A stretch of DNA of 64,000 nucleotides from Prorocentrum cordatum. Its lineage: Eukaryota. The first letter of the stretch is position 1; every line of letters starts with the position of its first letter. A program made the translations under genes and the position numbers. Below are positions 1 through 12,675 of the stretch, one piece after another. Under the pieces are notes generated by a model that worked only from the letters and a program-made list of their open reading frames with translations, did not search any database and was not told the DNA's origin. Location: assembly GCA_963575745.1 (NCBI GenBank), contig CAUYUJ010000103.1:1-64000 (forward strand), written 5' to 3'.

Positions 1-751
1 GGGTCCTGGGCGCCTTCTGGGGCGGAGGGCTCGATTTTTCAGTTCTTGGTTCCCTTCTTGAGCCCCTCTTGGGCCCGTCTTGGGGCCTCTTGGTCCGCCT
101 TGGGCAGCACTTGGGCCGTCTGGGGGGCGCTCTTGGGCCGCTCCGGGGCCGTCTTGGGAGCCTCGTGGGCCGTCTTGGAGCAGTTTTGAAGGCCTCTTGG
201 GCCCTCTTGGAGCGTCCGGAAGCGAAAGCCAGAACGCAAAAAAAAAACATAGAAAAAACCAAATGAAAATCAACGATTTTGGCAACTTGGGGCCCTCTTC
301 GGAGGCCTCTTGGAAGGCCCTTGGAGCGTCTTGGAGGCCTCTTGGGCTGTCTTGGGGCCATCTGGGGCGTCTTCGGGCGATCTTTGGCCGTCTCGGGCCT
401 CTCTTGGACCGTCTAGAAAGCTTCTCGGGGCCCTCTTGGACCGATCTGGAGCCCTCTTGGACTCCGAAACAGAACTCCGGCATCTCTGGCCCGACCTTGC
501 CGGGACCTTGCCGGGGACTTGCCGGGACCTTGCCGGGGTACTTTTCGTCCGGGGACCCCCAGGGGCCGCCCCGCGCGCGCGAACTAGAAATACTGTTAAC
601 CAGTTACCGGAGATCTTAGCACGCCCTGGCCCATGACATTTCTTTTACTACTGTTATTTTCTTTGTTCGTTTCTAGACTTCCTTAGGACTGGCGCGGGCA
701 ACGACGAATACGACGACAGCGTCTCACACACGCCGCCTGGGTCGGCGGATT
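1..751 (+). repeat. Dispersed element made of degenerate TCTTGG/GGGCC units, ending in CACACGCC...GGCGGATT
   Basis: Dozens of gtcttgg/ctcttggg/gggcc units at 1-470, then gggaccttgcc x4 at ~495-535. The terminus cacacgccgcctgggtcggcggatt (~727-751) resembles the end of the element at 5110-6003. Confidence 0.75.
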
Positions 752-1020
752 TGCTGCAATTCTATGTGGTGGGCATATGAGCAGAGAGTTACCAGCATGA
801 TATCAACTTATGAATCGAATAGGTGGGTACGCATGCACACAATTGATATACATAAAGGTTTGTGTTTTTTGCCCAGACGACCTTCAGCTCATAGTCTGGA
901 TCCTCCTCTGGAATCAGACGGGCTGCGGTTCCTTGTCCTCTTCCTCCCCCTCCGCCCGGAGGACCTCGTGCTCTTGCCCCTCCCCCCTCTTCCTGCTGCT
1001 CTCTGGCTCTTGCTCCACGG

Positions 1021-1385
1021 TGACATTCGGAGGCTTTCGACCCCGTCTGCCTGACCCCCGCAATCCACGCGAGGGGCGCGCCGATACCTCTGCGGTTCTC
1101 GGTGGCCCCCAGGGCCCCAACCAATTGGGCGTTGCTACATTCGCAAACCTTGGGCCCCGTCCGCCTGGCCCCGCGGTCCGCGAAAGGGGCGCGCCGAAAC
1201 TCATGCGGCACTCGGTGGCTCGCAGTTACATTCGGAGGCCTTCGGCCCCATCCGCCTGACCTGGCGATCCACGCGATGGGTGCCCCGAAACTTCAGCGGT
1301 TCTTGGGGGATTTTGGGTTCTGCTGCGTTCGGATGTCTTCGGCCCCGTCCGCCTGACCCCGCGATCCGCGCGAGGGGCGCGCTCA
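1021..1385 (+). repeat. Four degenerate copies of a ~60-bp unit (acattcggaggccttcggccccgtccgcctgacc...gaggggcgcgcc)
   Basis: Copies start near 1021, 1136, 1227 and 1326, with spacing of ~90-115 bp. Confidence 0.8.
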
Positions 1386-2253
1386 CCAAGGTTCCAGGAT
1401 GTTTGGGGGCCTCCCGGGGCCCATCGCGGCTAACGCCGCGACGCACTCAGGCACGCGTGAAATCATGAGTTACCGCCTCTCAGAAAACAGTTACGATGAC
1501 ATGAGGCAGGCGTGCGTGCGCGGAGTCGTGGTGTGTGTGTGTGGGGCTGCGAAACGACGCCCGTAATTTGAATAACGCTGGCGATATACCGCCGTGGGGT
1601 CAAATTTCACTTCGTAAAGTCGCTTTCGGCTGTTGTCGTCGATTTCCTCGAACGTGGACATGCAAGTATTTAGAAGTCCGTTTTCATATTGTTTGGAGTC
1701 GTCGCGAAACAGTTATCGTTTTGAGTTTTGAAATTTTTGGCGGGCCTCCTCCTTGCCGAGGATCAGGGCCGTTCGGGCGCAAGTGTCTGCTCGGGCCGAG
1801 TGGCGGGCTCGTGGTTCGCTTGCTTCTCGTCTGCGCGCGCCCGCGGCTGCGGCCTCGCCGCGAATCGGGCGCAACGGTCGAGCCGATGAGCAGACGTCAG
1901 TCAGACTGATGCGACGACGGCCACGGCCAGATGCTGCGCGGTCGGCGACGGGCCCGCACGCGCCCGCGCGCGCGGGCGCGCGCGCGCGCGCGCCCCCCTT
2001 CCGCTAAATTCGAAGAGCGACGCGGGCGCGGCAGAAAGCGCGGGCAGGGATGGCCCAGGGATGGCCCTGAGCCCCTGAGCCTGAGGGGTAGCATTTCGGC
2101 GCGCCTCAACGCCGAGCCAGCCTGGGGCCATATTGTATTCGTATTACGTAGCACCCCGCAGTTGCGGATAAGAGTGAGGGGGCGGGCGCGGGCGACGCGG
2201 GCGTCGTCGAGCCGGGGGACCTCGTGGCCCCCACCTTCCCTGTCGATGACGCT

Positions 2254-2635
2254 CTCCTCCTCCTCCTCCTCCTCCTCCTCCTCCTTCTCTTCCTCGTCCT
2301 CGTCGTCATCGTCATCGTCATCATCCTCCTCCTCCACCTCGTCCTCCTCCTCCTCTTCTTCCTCGTCCTCCCTCCCCACCCCTCGTCCTTCCATCATCGT
2401 CCTCCCATTGTCGTCCTCCCCCTCATCGGCCTCCGTCATCGTCCTCCCATTGTCGTCCATCCACATCCTCCTCCCCCTCCTCCCCCTCCTTCCCCTCCTC
2501 GTGCTCCTCCTCCCCCTCCTCCCCCTCCCCCTCCTCGTCCACCTGCTCCTCTTTCTCCACATTATCCTTACATCCTCTCTTCTTCCGCGTCCTCCTCGTC
2601 CCCTGTTTACTCCTCCTGCCTCCCCCTCCTTTCCC
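2254..2635. repeat. (CCT)n/(TCG)n pyrimidine-rich microsatellite tract
   Basis: Seen directly. It produces the spurious poly-S/E/R ORFs in the track. Confidence 0.95.
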
Positions 2636-2789
2636 AAGATAACGGCAACGCAATCCTTTTTTTTCCACTTTATGCTCCCCGACTTCTCTGATCAAGGCAA
2701 CCCGCCAGGGCAAAGTTGCTGGACGGGCTGGTGTGGATGCGCGGGGCTTCAAGAGGTCGTTGCGGGCTCAGACGGCATGCAAAAATCTG

Positions 2790-3585
2790 CCACCGCGCTT
2801 GTGCGGCATTGGTTTGTTCAGTGAACGTGGTTTAGGTCGCGGGTGGGTCGCGGGTCTCCACCTCCACCGGGAAGGAATGCAAAAGCAGCCCGCCGCAGGC
2901 GCCGAACAATTTGGTTCGTACCCTGAACGTGGTCGCGGGTGGGCCGCGGGCTCTCCACCTGAAACGAATGCAACAGATGCCCGCCGCAGGCGCCGAAAAA
3001 TGTGGTTTGTATCCTGAACGTGGTTTGGGTCGCGGTGTTGGTCGAGAGTTGGTCGCGGGGTGGGCCGCGGGCTCTCCACCTGGAAGGGGTGCAAAAAAAA
3101 CCCGCCGCAGGCGCCGAAAATTGTGGTTTGTACCTTGAACGTGGTTTGGGTCGAAGGTGGGTCGCGGGTGGGTCGCGGGGTGGGTCGCGGGTGGGTCGCG
3201 GGTGGGTCGCGGGTGGGTCGCGGTGGGTCGCGGGTGGGTCGCGGTGGGTCGCGGTCGCGGGTGGGTCGCGGGTGGGTCGCGGGGTGGGTCGCGGGTGGGT
3301 CGCGGGTGGGTCGCGGGTGGGTCGCGGGGTGGGTCGCGGGGTGGGTCGCGGGGTGGGTCGCGGGGTGGGTCGCGGGTGGGTCGCGGGTGGGTCGCGGGTG
3401 GGTCGCGGGTGGGTCGCGGGGTGGGTCGCGGGGTGGGTCGTGGGTGGGTCGCGGGTGGGACGACGACAACAAACAACAACAACAACAAACAACAACAACA
3501 ACAACGAGAATCCGCACCGCGGAATCCCATTTCAGCCACGCACCCAGGGACAGTGAATGACCGTTCGGCCCCCTCACTCTGACAA
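2790..3585 (-). repeat. Composite repeat element: ~3 copies of a ~100-120-bp unit, a GGGTCGCGG(G)T tandem array (3155-3460), (CAA)n and a conserved ~80-bp head
   Basis: 11/12-bp tandem array. The unit cccgccgcaggcgccgaa...ctgaacgtggt recurs near 2889, 2980 and 3101. The head at 3510-3585 recurs inverted at 10572-10646. Confidence 0.85.
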
Positions 3586-5109
3586 TGCCAACCACATGGG
3601 TAAGACAAAGGCAGGGAAACATATTGTTCTATATTTTGTGGGGGGTATTTTTTGCGTTGGTGCAGATAAATAGATCCCCCGGGGGGCCAGCCTGCGTTTC
3701 CTTCCCGCACGCGTCGACTGCCCGGAGGGCTTTCCTATTTTGGCGCTTTGCGTATTCGTGGCGGGCGGTGTTAAGGGGCGCGGCGCCAGCGCGGCATTTC
3801 CCCGTCGGGTGGATTGCGGCAGCCACGAGACCGCCTCGGCTCGCATTTCGCAGTTGCCCCGCGTGGAGATACAAGGCGCGCAACCCGCTCGTCGGACGCG
3901 CCTTCGCCAGCTCGCTCAGGAGCAGTCGCCGCTGTCGTCGCCGCGGCGCGGGCTCGAAGGATCAAAGAGTCAAAGAGTCAAAGGAGTGGTCGGGTGGTCT
4001 GATTGGCCGCCCTGCACCTTGTTGCGCCCCCTGGTGCCCAGGTGCGCCGCCCCATTTCCGCCCCCCGTTGAGGCGCATCAGCAGTCGATCATCCGCCGTG
4101 GGCGGACCCCCGATCTCGCGGCGAGCTTTCCCGACGCGGCCAGCCGCCCCCCCCCTCCCCCGACGAGCTCGCTCGAGGGGCGAGCTCCGCAAGCCGTGGG
4201 CCGTGCGAAGGGCCCGACTTCGGCGGCGAACCCGAGCCAGGGCCCAACCTTGCAGCTGTGAGCGCTGCGAGCTACGCGCGCAAAATCCTTGTTGATTCGT
4301 GGTCCCTCCAAGATCCGTCGTCCATTGCCGTCTGGCTGCTACCCAATGGCAGCGAAAGAAGAGTTCCGCGCGGCCGCCGAAACTCTCGGCTTTGGGCCCC
4401 CATGCGTGAAACCGCAGTCTGACGACGCATTGCACCCCGTGTCGAGCACTTGGGAAGCCTTTGGGCATTGGGCCGCTCGGGTAACCTTCTGGGGCCCAGA
4501 GGGCGGGTGTAGGGCGGCTGCCGCGTTCCCTTGCTACTTTTCAGCTGCATTTCGATGCCCCTGATCTAGAGGCCAGGCGCAGCCTGCACAGAGCAAGAGG
4601 CAACCGCGTGCAGGCTGCCACTCCTCAGACATATGGTATTGTATTGTTTGCATAAGCTCGATGCCGATGGGTATACTTTGCCTGATCTTGTAGGATGGGC
4701 CGGTCTCGTCTTATGTATTGTTTGACTGTTCGTATGAAGTGTTCAGGTAAGATGTGGGATTATGTTTTGCTTTGCTTGCATCTACTGTCGGATTTGCCGT
4801 ATATGGTATAGTTTTGCATGTGTCGCGGGGCTGCGTGCTATTTTTTGTATGTTTATTATTGATATTGTGTTTCCAATTGCTTAGACATCACATAATCAGT
4901 ATTCATATGCAAACAGTATCACATTACTACTATTCGAATAAGTGCCGCGACCTGATACGCATGGTATTATTACTTACACGTACAACGCTTCCCATGTTTC
5001 TTGCAATATTGTAGAAGCATCCGGCCGGTGCCGCCGATCCGGGACGATCCCGCTGTCAGAAGGACGCTATCGCCCCAGCGCGCTTGTTCAAACGTAAGTG
5101 ATTTGAAAA

Positions 5110-5258
5110 CAGCTTGGAGGCATTGCGTGGGATTCTTGATGGGCCTTCACGACGCATCTTCGAGGCCTCCTGGGGTGGCGTCTTGGAGGTGATTGTTGAG
5201 CTTCTTGGAAGCCTTTTGGGCTTCTTGGGGGGCATGCAGGAGGCATCCTGGAGGCCTC

Positions 5259-5297
<39 letters not shown>

Positions 5298-6003
5298 TAG
5301 GAGGTAATTTTCAAGCCTTCGGGAGCGCTTTTGGGCGCCTTTTGGGGCCTCTTGAGGGACACTTGGAGCCTCTCAGGTTTTCTTGGGGACTTCTAGGGCA
5401 ATTTTGTGCCTCCTGGGCGCCGCTTGGGCCGTCTTGGGCCCCTGGGGCGTCATGGAGCTCTCTTGGGCGCTGCTTGGGCCCGTCCTGGGGCCCGCTTGGG
5501 CTGTCTTGGGGGCCTCCCGGGCCGTCTTGGGCCCTTCTTGGGCCGACTTGGGTCCCTCTTGAGAGCCTCTGGGCCTGTTTTGGGGGTCTCTTGGGTCGTG
5601 TTGGACACTGCGAAGGCCGAAGAAGAGGAAATGCAAGACATGTACGTTTTCTTTGGGCACTCGTAGGAGGTGTCGGGAGGGTACGTTGGAGGCTTCTGGA
5701 GCCGTCTGAGTAACATATTGGGTGTCTTGGAGCGATGTTTCGGCCACTCAGGGCCCTCTTGGGCCGTCTGGGCGGCCGCTGGGTTTTTTATGAGCCCGCG
5801 TTCGAGCTCTCCGGGGCGAGGGGCCGACCCGCATTGAGCTGGAGCTCCGATTTCGCCACCAAAATTGACTCGGACCCCCCCGCCCCCCCCGAACCCCGGC
5901 AGAGCCACCCCGGCACCCACCCCCCAGCAGAGCTGAAGCTCAAGAACGGAGGCTCGGGCTATATCTGAGGGTCTTTGAAATTCACACGCCAGATCTGCGG
6001 ATT
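5110..6003 (+). repeat. Second TCTTGG/GGGCC-family element with an internal (GT)n and the CACACGCC...GCGGATT terminus
   Basis: Same degenerate units as 1-751, (GT)n at ~5261-5298, and terminus ttcacacgccagatctgcggatt at 5981-6003. Confidence 0.7.
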
Positions 6004-6858
6004 AGGGGGTTCACGCTTCGCATTGTTTCGAAAACAACAGGGGGCGGCTTGTTTTCGGCTTCTCTTACGCTTTCCCATTCCTAATGCTGCAAAACGGGGC
6101 TCTTGCCGGGATTGCGGGCCATCGCTCATCTGTTAAGGGATACGCTTCCCACGATGAGAAGGTGCACGTGCACCGGCTTATGATGAGACTTGGGACGGTA
6201 GGGTGTATTGCAGCATCGTTGATGCATCTTTGGTTTATTCTGGTCCTCCTCCTCTTCCTCCTCTCCCTCCTCTTCCTTCTCCTCCTCTTCCCCCCTTCTT
6301 CTCCTCTTCCCCCCCTCTTCAATTTCGGTCGCCACGAAGGGAGGGGGTCTTGCCGGAAACGGGTCCTAGACCCCAGTGCTTTCCCATGGTCCTGAGGGAG
6401 ACGGGTCCAGAGTGCTTCTTTCCAGGCCTTCCAGATGGAACCAAAACGCATCGGGTCGGCAGATCACGCCGCGTCGCCGATGCATCGGCAATGTGTCGCG
6501 ATCTGGAGTCTGTTCTTCTGCATCCCGCCGTCGCCGATGTATCTTCGATGCATCCACGCTCTGGCCCCAATCGGGAGGCCTCCACTGATGGGCCCGAGCG
6601 GCCCCGTGGGCGCCAGCGCACTCTGTCACGCGTGAGGAGAGATTTCCGGCATGCTTATATGAACAAATCCGAAAGTCTTCGCAACAAATCGTGCAGCCTC
6701 CCAGTCAGGAAATTTGCCATAGTGTACAATGCTTGTTCAGAGGTGGGGGTAAGTTGAGCCCAATTCATCCGATTTGATCCTCCTCCTCCTTCTCTTGCTT
6801 CACATTCGAGTTGCACTGAGCAGCAATGCTCGTTGCGGGAGGGTCGTCCACGTTTCAC

Positions 6859-7006
6859 CGAGCGCGTTCCACTACTCGCAAAGTGCCTACTCGCAAACGT
6901 CCGAAAAACAAACGTCTGCCTCGATGTAATTAATGGATCGCAAATCCTCCTCGACGGATCCAGGCCATTTGCGAGTAGTTACTTTGCGAGTAGTGGAACT
7001 CGCTTG
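6859..7006. mobile_element. MITE-like element (~148 bp) with 37-bp terminal inverted repeats
   Basis: 6861-6897 agcgcgttccactactcgcaaagtgcctactcgcaaa matches the reverse complement of 6968-7004 (agcgagttccactactcgcaaagtaactactcgcaaa) with 3 mismatches. No clean TSD. Confidence 0.8.
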
Positions 7007-7789
7007 TCTAACGTTGAGGTCGTGTCCGAGCGTCGGGAGGAAAAGGATTTCCACCGAACGCACACCCTCCTGTATGTGGATGGCTTTGCCTTGTATGTTT
7101 GCTTTTCCTGTGGGTGCTGCAGTAGCCTGCTTGCTGCCTCCCTTGCAGAGCCCCGTATAAACATAGCGCGGCTAAAGGAGAGCAAGACCTCAGGCGTCTT
7201 AGTAAAGGCCTGTGGCCCCATCCTGCAGGTATGTCCGCCAGAGTTCGTGAGGTGTTGCATGAGAGAGACGCCCTGAGGGCGATCTCGGTAGTGTCGCCAC
7301 CTGTTGCTTGCAGCGTCAGAGTGCCAGCGTGGGAGGGGGCATAGCTGCGTCCATCCCCGTTGCCAGCAGTGTCAGCAGTGCCAGCATGGAAGTTGCAGCA
7401 ACAGTGAAAGCACAGGCTACAGGAACCTTCCAGTGCTAGCGCAGCCTTCGGCTTCTCAAAGTAATCCCCAGGGTAATCCTCCTCCTCTTCCTCCTCCTCC
7501 TCCAGGAGCAAAAACAATGGAAGCCGTTTCGGTCACCCAGGACTCGCAGGCCTCCTTCGGGGCTCGGTTGTTTTCTTTCGGCTACCGCCAGAACGCAAAA
7601 AGAGGTCCTGGTCCCACGCCTCTGCGGTTATAACGCCAGTCGCAAGTTTTACTCAGCCGAGGTCGGTGGTGCCAGAGTGACCCCCCGCACGCGTTACCTC
7701 GGGCCCCAGTTTTTGCCGTCTGGAGCGTTCTCCCATCAGCTGCACCTGAGCAAACAAGCGGCCAGTTGTGGCTGGCTCTCGTGTAAGTT

Positions 7790-9540
7790 TCTGTGGCCTT
7801 CGGGGGCCCCGGTGTGCGCTATTGTCTGGCCGCACCCCAGTTAGATCTTGCGTTGCTAGGTACAATTAGTTGGGTGCTTCGTGCGATCGGTCGGGGGCCC
7901 ATCCCAAGTCTTGGGAGAACCACCGTGTCTGGAAGTGGATGGACATTGTCCCACGTGGGACTTCTGATCCAGAGGCTACGTTGGTATCAGGCCATCGTCC
8001 GCTGGCCCGACCAGCGCCGCCAGGTCGTCGCTCTCTTGTTTGGGCAGTCCGGCTTCGAGGGCTCACCTACGTTGCTCCAGGGCCGTCTTTCTGATCGTGC
8101 CAACGCTTTCGCTGTTCGGTTCGTTTCGGACGTCTACTACCTTCGGTTGGTCACTGACTACGAGGATTGGCCTCTGGTCTGGTGGTAGAACGTGTGCGAC
8201 CTATTTCACGACGAGCACGTTTCGCATTTGCTTCTTTCGGCAGACGTTTCAGCGTTTCGTGAAATTCTGCAGGCTGGTTGCACCGAGCTCGACACCATCG
8301 AGTTCGGCAACCCCCTCGATTCCTGGAAGCGGGACCGTGGTTTCAGCGAGTCCTCTCTCGAGTTCCTGGGCTCCGCGGGCTGCGTCTTCACGTGTGATTG
8401 CACTACCGAGGATGGGAGCGTCTGCGGTGCTAAGTTCCTCGCACATGCTGCGCTCATCGCGCGCAAGGCGCACGCTACCGAGGGGTCCAACGGCGACTGC
8501 GCTGAATGTGTGGTTACTAACGAGTGCCCAGCATGTCGGTCCTCCTTCGTTTTCAAGAGAACTGCCAGGGCCCACCTCTGCCGAGCGCTTCGTCGAGAGT
8601 TTTTTGCTACCGAGTCGGCTCACGCCATCCACCCTGTCGTGCCTCCCAAGCTCGGTGCTCCGTTTGCAAGGTCGACTCCTTCGCCGACTTGGCTCAGCTC
8701 CAGTTGCATATCTGCGAGCTGCGTCTCCCTTTCGTGCCGGAGCGCGCCGTGTCGAGGGGTTGCGACGCCGGAACGGCAGCTGCCCAAGCGGGCGGCCGCC
8801 CCCCCCGCGGGCAAGGCCAAACCCCCCGCCAAGTCCAGCGGGAGCGGCGCAGCGTCGTCGACTTTCCGGGCGCAGCTCGCCATCGCGGGAGGCCAGCAAC
8901 ACGACGAGGGCGACAAGAAACAACGCAACAGACACCTCGGCAAGGTGACATGAAGCAGGCGGGCTTCATCGGCGCGCTCAAGCAGGCCCTCCTGACTTCG
9001 CAGATGGTTTGCGGCCTGTGGGCGGCGAGGGTGGGCGCGTTCTTCGTGGGCGCGGACGCTCCAGAGATCGGCGCGGCCCAGGAATGCGGGGCGACGTATT
9101 CGCGCGAAGTCCGAGCCCGCCGGAAAGGCTAGCTGCGTCCTCCTCACCCGCATATGTTCAATGGGTTTCTCGCCAAATTGCTCGAGCGTGGAATCGCGCT
9201 GGGGCAGGAGACGCACTCGCCGCTCAATGTGTGGCGCGCCAGGGTACTGGTGTACTGGTGGAGTTGCAGCCAGACGAACTGTATAATTTCCGACGCCTTT
9301 TCCGAATGATGAAGTGTTTCGACCCGTCGAAGCGCGAGTGCACATCACGTTGAGAGAAGTTCCGATGGGCCAGCCCTCGCCCGAGTCCGGCGAACAGCCT
9401 CTGCCTTCGCCCGCGCTCGCGCGCAACTTGCTCCGAAAGGCGCTGGCCGAGGCCGGGGCATGCAGGGCGCTGGGCGCGGTTCCGCCAGGCGCCGTGGGGG
9501 AGATCACTCATGAGAACGCGGCCGACGGTGAGGCAGAGGG
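7790..9540 (+). mobile_element. 5'-truncated, decayed LINE 3' region (post-RT helices, Cys/His zinc-finger C-terminus) plus a broken downstream ORF
   Basis: Translation CDC...CGAKF...(H)ATEG...VVTNECPACRSSF...ARAHL at ~8390-8580 resembles the C2H2-type C-terminus of non-LTR ORF2. Stops and frameshifts lie upstream. No RT core is visible. Confidence 0.55.
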
Positions 9541-9555
9541 CTAGCTCGACTCCTT

Positions 9556-9722
9556 CCTGCTGCAAAATCCTAGCTTGCTTAGGTTCTGTCGTCGCTGTTT
9601 TGCTGCAGCTTGAACTAGCTAAGTCCAAGCTTGTCTAGGTTCGGTCGTCGCTGTGTTGCTGCAGCTGGTGTTGGCAAATCCTAGCTTCACCTAGGCTCAG
9701 TCGTCGCAGATTTGCTGCAGCT
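9556..9722 (+). repeat. Three ~55-65-bp direct repeats (taggttc.gtcgtcgctg..ttgctgcagct)
   Basis: Cores near 9580, 9636 and 9691. Confidence 0.75.
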
Positions 9723-10571
9723 CGATGCGGCCGCGTGGTGCCGTACCTATGGGCGTTGCTCTGACGTGGAGCTGCTGGTGGCCCTACCGCGCGTCGTTCG
9801 ATTGACGCGGGCCTCGCGCTGTGCCGCCTCTGGGGCATCATCAGGAAAGAGCAGGTCGATGACGTTGGCTTCTAGGGGCTCATCGTGTACGGTTCGGCGT
9901 GGCCCCGCCTGTTAACATATCGCAGCCGTCGCTGCGAGGTGAGCCCCCGGTCGCACGCGTCGCCGACCCTGGGGGCCCCTCCTCTGCCAGTGTTTCTGCC
10001 TTCGCTCCCCTCGCTCTCCTCGCCTCCTGCCTTTTGGCTCCCCTCGCCAGCCTCGGCCCCTGGGTGTAACTTGAATATTCTACGGCCTCGGGCCTGCTGC
10101 CCCTTCCTGTTTCGGGTTCGCCGCGCCCCATCAGTCGGTGCGCGTGTCCCTGGGGCCCAGATTCTCGGTCCGTCAGGGCCCGTTTGGCCCTGCCTGCCCG
10201 ATCCCCTGCGGGAAATTATTTGTCGCCCGACTGGTGCACTTTCTGATGTGGTCGATATTGTTGTTCAAATCGTAAACCTTTTAGTTGAACTTTCTATTTT
10301 TGCAGGCGCGCGCCGAGCGCGGCCTTGTGGCTGCCACCGCCGCCGCGCTTTTGCATGTTAGACCGAGAGCTGCGGACCCATAGTCGTGTCTTGTCATATC
10401 TCCTCCTCCTTCTTTTGCCTTTCCTCCTGCATTTTTTCCTCCTCTCCTACTGTTTCACCCTCCTCTGCCATCCTCCATATTATCCATCCTCTTCCATTTT
10501 CCTCCATCCTCCTTTCATATTCTTTTCGTCCTCTTCGGCCCTCCCGTTCCATCGGTTTTCTACATTTTCTT

Positions 10572-10700
10572 ATCAGAGGGAGGGGGCCGAACGGTCATTC
10601 ACTGTCCCTGGGCGCTTGGCTGAAGTGGGGTTCCGCGGTGCGGATCGTTGTTGCGCTGTTGTTGAATTCTCGTTTCTCAAAGATAGTTGTTGTTGATTTT
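10572..10700 (+). repeat. Inverted copy of the ~80-bp head from 3510-3585 followed by a short GTT-rich tail
   Basis: gagggggccgaacggtcattcactgtccctggg...tggctgaa.tggg.ttccgcggtgcggat is the reverse complement of 3510-3580. Confidence 0.85.
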
Positions 10701-11244
10701 GCTTTGTCGGTGCCCATTTTTTTATTGAAAGTGCCGCTTCCAGGGCTCGCACCCTGTTTTGTATACGGGTTCCCGGTTTACAACAACAGCGGTTCCCGCC
10801 TGATATTTCCTCACACGTTATTCCGAAACTGCGTTCTCGTGCAGGACGTCCTCGCAATTCATATAGGAATCGCGCTGCCGCGTGGGACTTCCTCGCAACT
10901 TATTCAGACGTCGCACTTTCGACACTCAGGAACCACACTCTCACTGTGGATTTCTGCACGATTTATTTGGGAATCGTGCTCTCGCTCAAGAGTTCCTCGT
11001 GGTTTTTGCCAGACGCACGCTTCGGCAACCCGCCTGCTCGACCTGCCCGCCTGTGCCCGCATTCCCGACCCGCCCGTTAGGGTCTACCCGCTCTATTTGC
11101 CCGTTTGTTTTTGCCACGGGTTTCCGTTCGTAGTCCCCTGTTTTTGTATTTTCTTTCGTGCTCCATTCTCTTCCATCCCCCTTGTCTTCCTTCCATATGT
11201 GCTTTATTCCCGTACCTTAGGGGTTGCAGGGATACACGTTGCGA

Positions 11245-11421
11245 GTAAGACAGATATACCCCGGAAGGGGTACGATCGAAAACGAAGAGGGCGGGTATCA
11301 ACAGTTTGGGATATCCGTGTTGGTTGGCCCGCGAACTGGTAAAATCTACCTGTCTTACATGTGTTGTGTTGTTGCTGTTGTTGCTGTTGCTGCTGCTGCT
11401 GCAGTTGTTGTTGTTGTTGTG

Positions 11422-11452
<31 letters not shown>

Positions 11453-11500
11453 TTGAACTCTCATGTCGAGAGAATAATTACTGTTGATTCCCCCCCACCA
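11245..11500 (+). repeat. Head + (GTT)n + tail element, copy 1
   Basis: Head gatataccccggaaggggtacgatcgaaaacgaagagggcgg, then (GTT/GCT)n, then agaataattactgttg. Homologous to 12310-12675. Confidence 0.75.
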
Positions 11501-11864
11501 GTGCATATGTTTTCTCAATCAAAGTGCACCCCTCGACGCTCGCACCCTGTTTTTTGACAGGGAAGGTCTTGATGCTCAAACTGGGCCCCTGGCCCCTGGA
11601 TTACAACAACAACGGCTCCCGCCTGTTACTTCGTCCAAATGTATTCAGGACCCCCGCTCCCGCCCGAGACTTCCTTGCATTTTATTTAGGAATCGCGCTC
11701 TCGCTTGAGACCTCCGTACCATTTATTCAGGAATCGCTCTCCTGGCGCTCTGGAGTCGCACTCTCGCTGGAGACTTGCTTGCAATTTACTGAAGAATAAC
11801 GCCCTTGAGTTGGATTTTTTTTTTGCAATTTGCTCAAGCGCCGCGCTCCTGACACTCAGGCACC

Positions 11865-12100
11865 CAGGAGTCGCCCCCGTTGTGGCCCCATGTGCATGCC
11901 CTTCGTGGCCCCGCTGTCGCTCACTGTCCTAAGGCGGCCCAGTTGCTACCCTCAGTGGCCCCATCGCTGCCTTCTGTGGCCCCGCATTATCTGCCCTTCG
12001 TGGCCCCCGCTCGTTCGCGCTCTTCGTGGCCCCATACGCATTCCCTTCGTGTCCCCGCTGTCGCCCTTCATGGCCTACCTCGTGTCCTTCGTGGCCCTGC
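11865..12100 (+). repeat. Degenerate tandem CTTCGTGGCCCC-type repeats
   Basis: About 9 copies of a gtggcccc-like core at ~20-30-bp spacing. Confidence 0.75.
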
Positions 12101-12309
12101 GGTCGTTCTCTCTCGCTCTCGCTTTCGCTCGTCGTCGCCGTCGTCGTCGCCGTCGTCGTCGACGTCGTCGTCGTCGTCGTGGTCGGTCCCCTGTCCGTCC
12201 CTCTTGGGGTCGGGTCGACGGTCCGCGGCCGCCCCGCCGATCAGCGCTGCCGCTGGCCAGGCCGACGGTCCGCGGCCGCCCCGCCGCTTGCCGGGGCCCG
12301 GCCTGCAGG

Positions 12310-12675
12310 GAAGAAAGGTATACCACCCAAAAGAGGTTCGATCGAAGACGAACAGGGCGGTCATCGAGGGTTTGGGAAATACGCGTTATTGGACTTTCGA
12401 GCAGATAAGGGCGAACAGTCTTAACATGATTGTTGTTGTTGTTGTTGCGGTGGTTATTGCTGTTGTTGGTGTTGTTGTTGTTGCTGTTGCTGCTGTTGTT
12501 GATGTTGCGATTGTTGTTGCTGTTGTTGTAGTTGTTACCGTTGTTGATGTTGCTGTTGTTGGGGATGATGATTGTGCTGGTGATGGTGATGATGATGCTG
12601 TTGTTGATGATGCTGATGTTGTTGTTGTTGTTGAACATTATTAATTCTAAAGAATAATTATTGTTGGGCCCCCTG
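12310..12675 (+). repeat. Head + (GTT)n + tail element, copy 2
   Basis: Head ggtataccacccaaaagaggttcgatcgaagacgaacagggcgg, then (GTT/GAT)n, then agaataattattgttg. Confidence 0.75.

Noticed and set aside
1897..3710. Long poly-E/S/R and PATHPRPTRD ORFs
   Set aside because: They arise from CCT microsatellite and GGGTCGC tandem repeats.
10572..10646. tRNA or tRNA-derived SINE head
   Set aside because: No cloverleaf or recognisable A/B boxes were seen.
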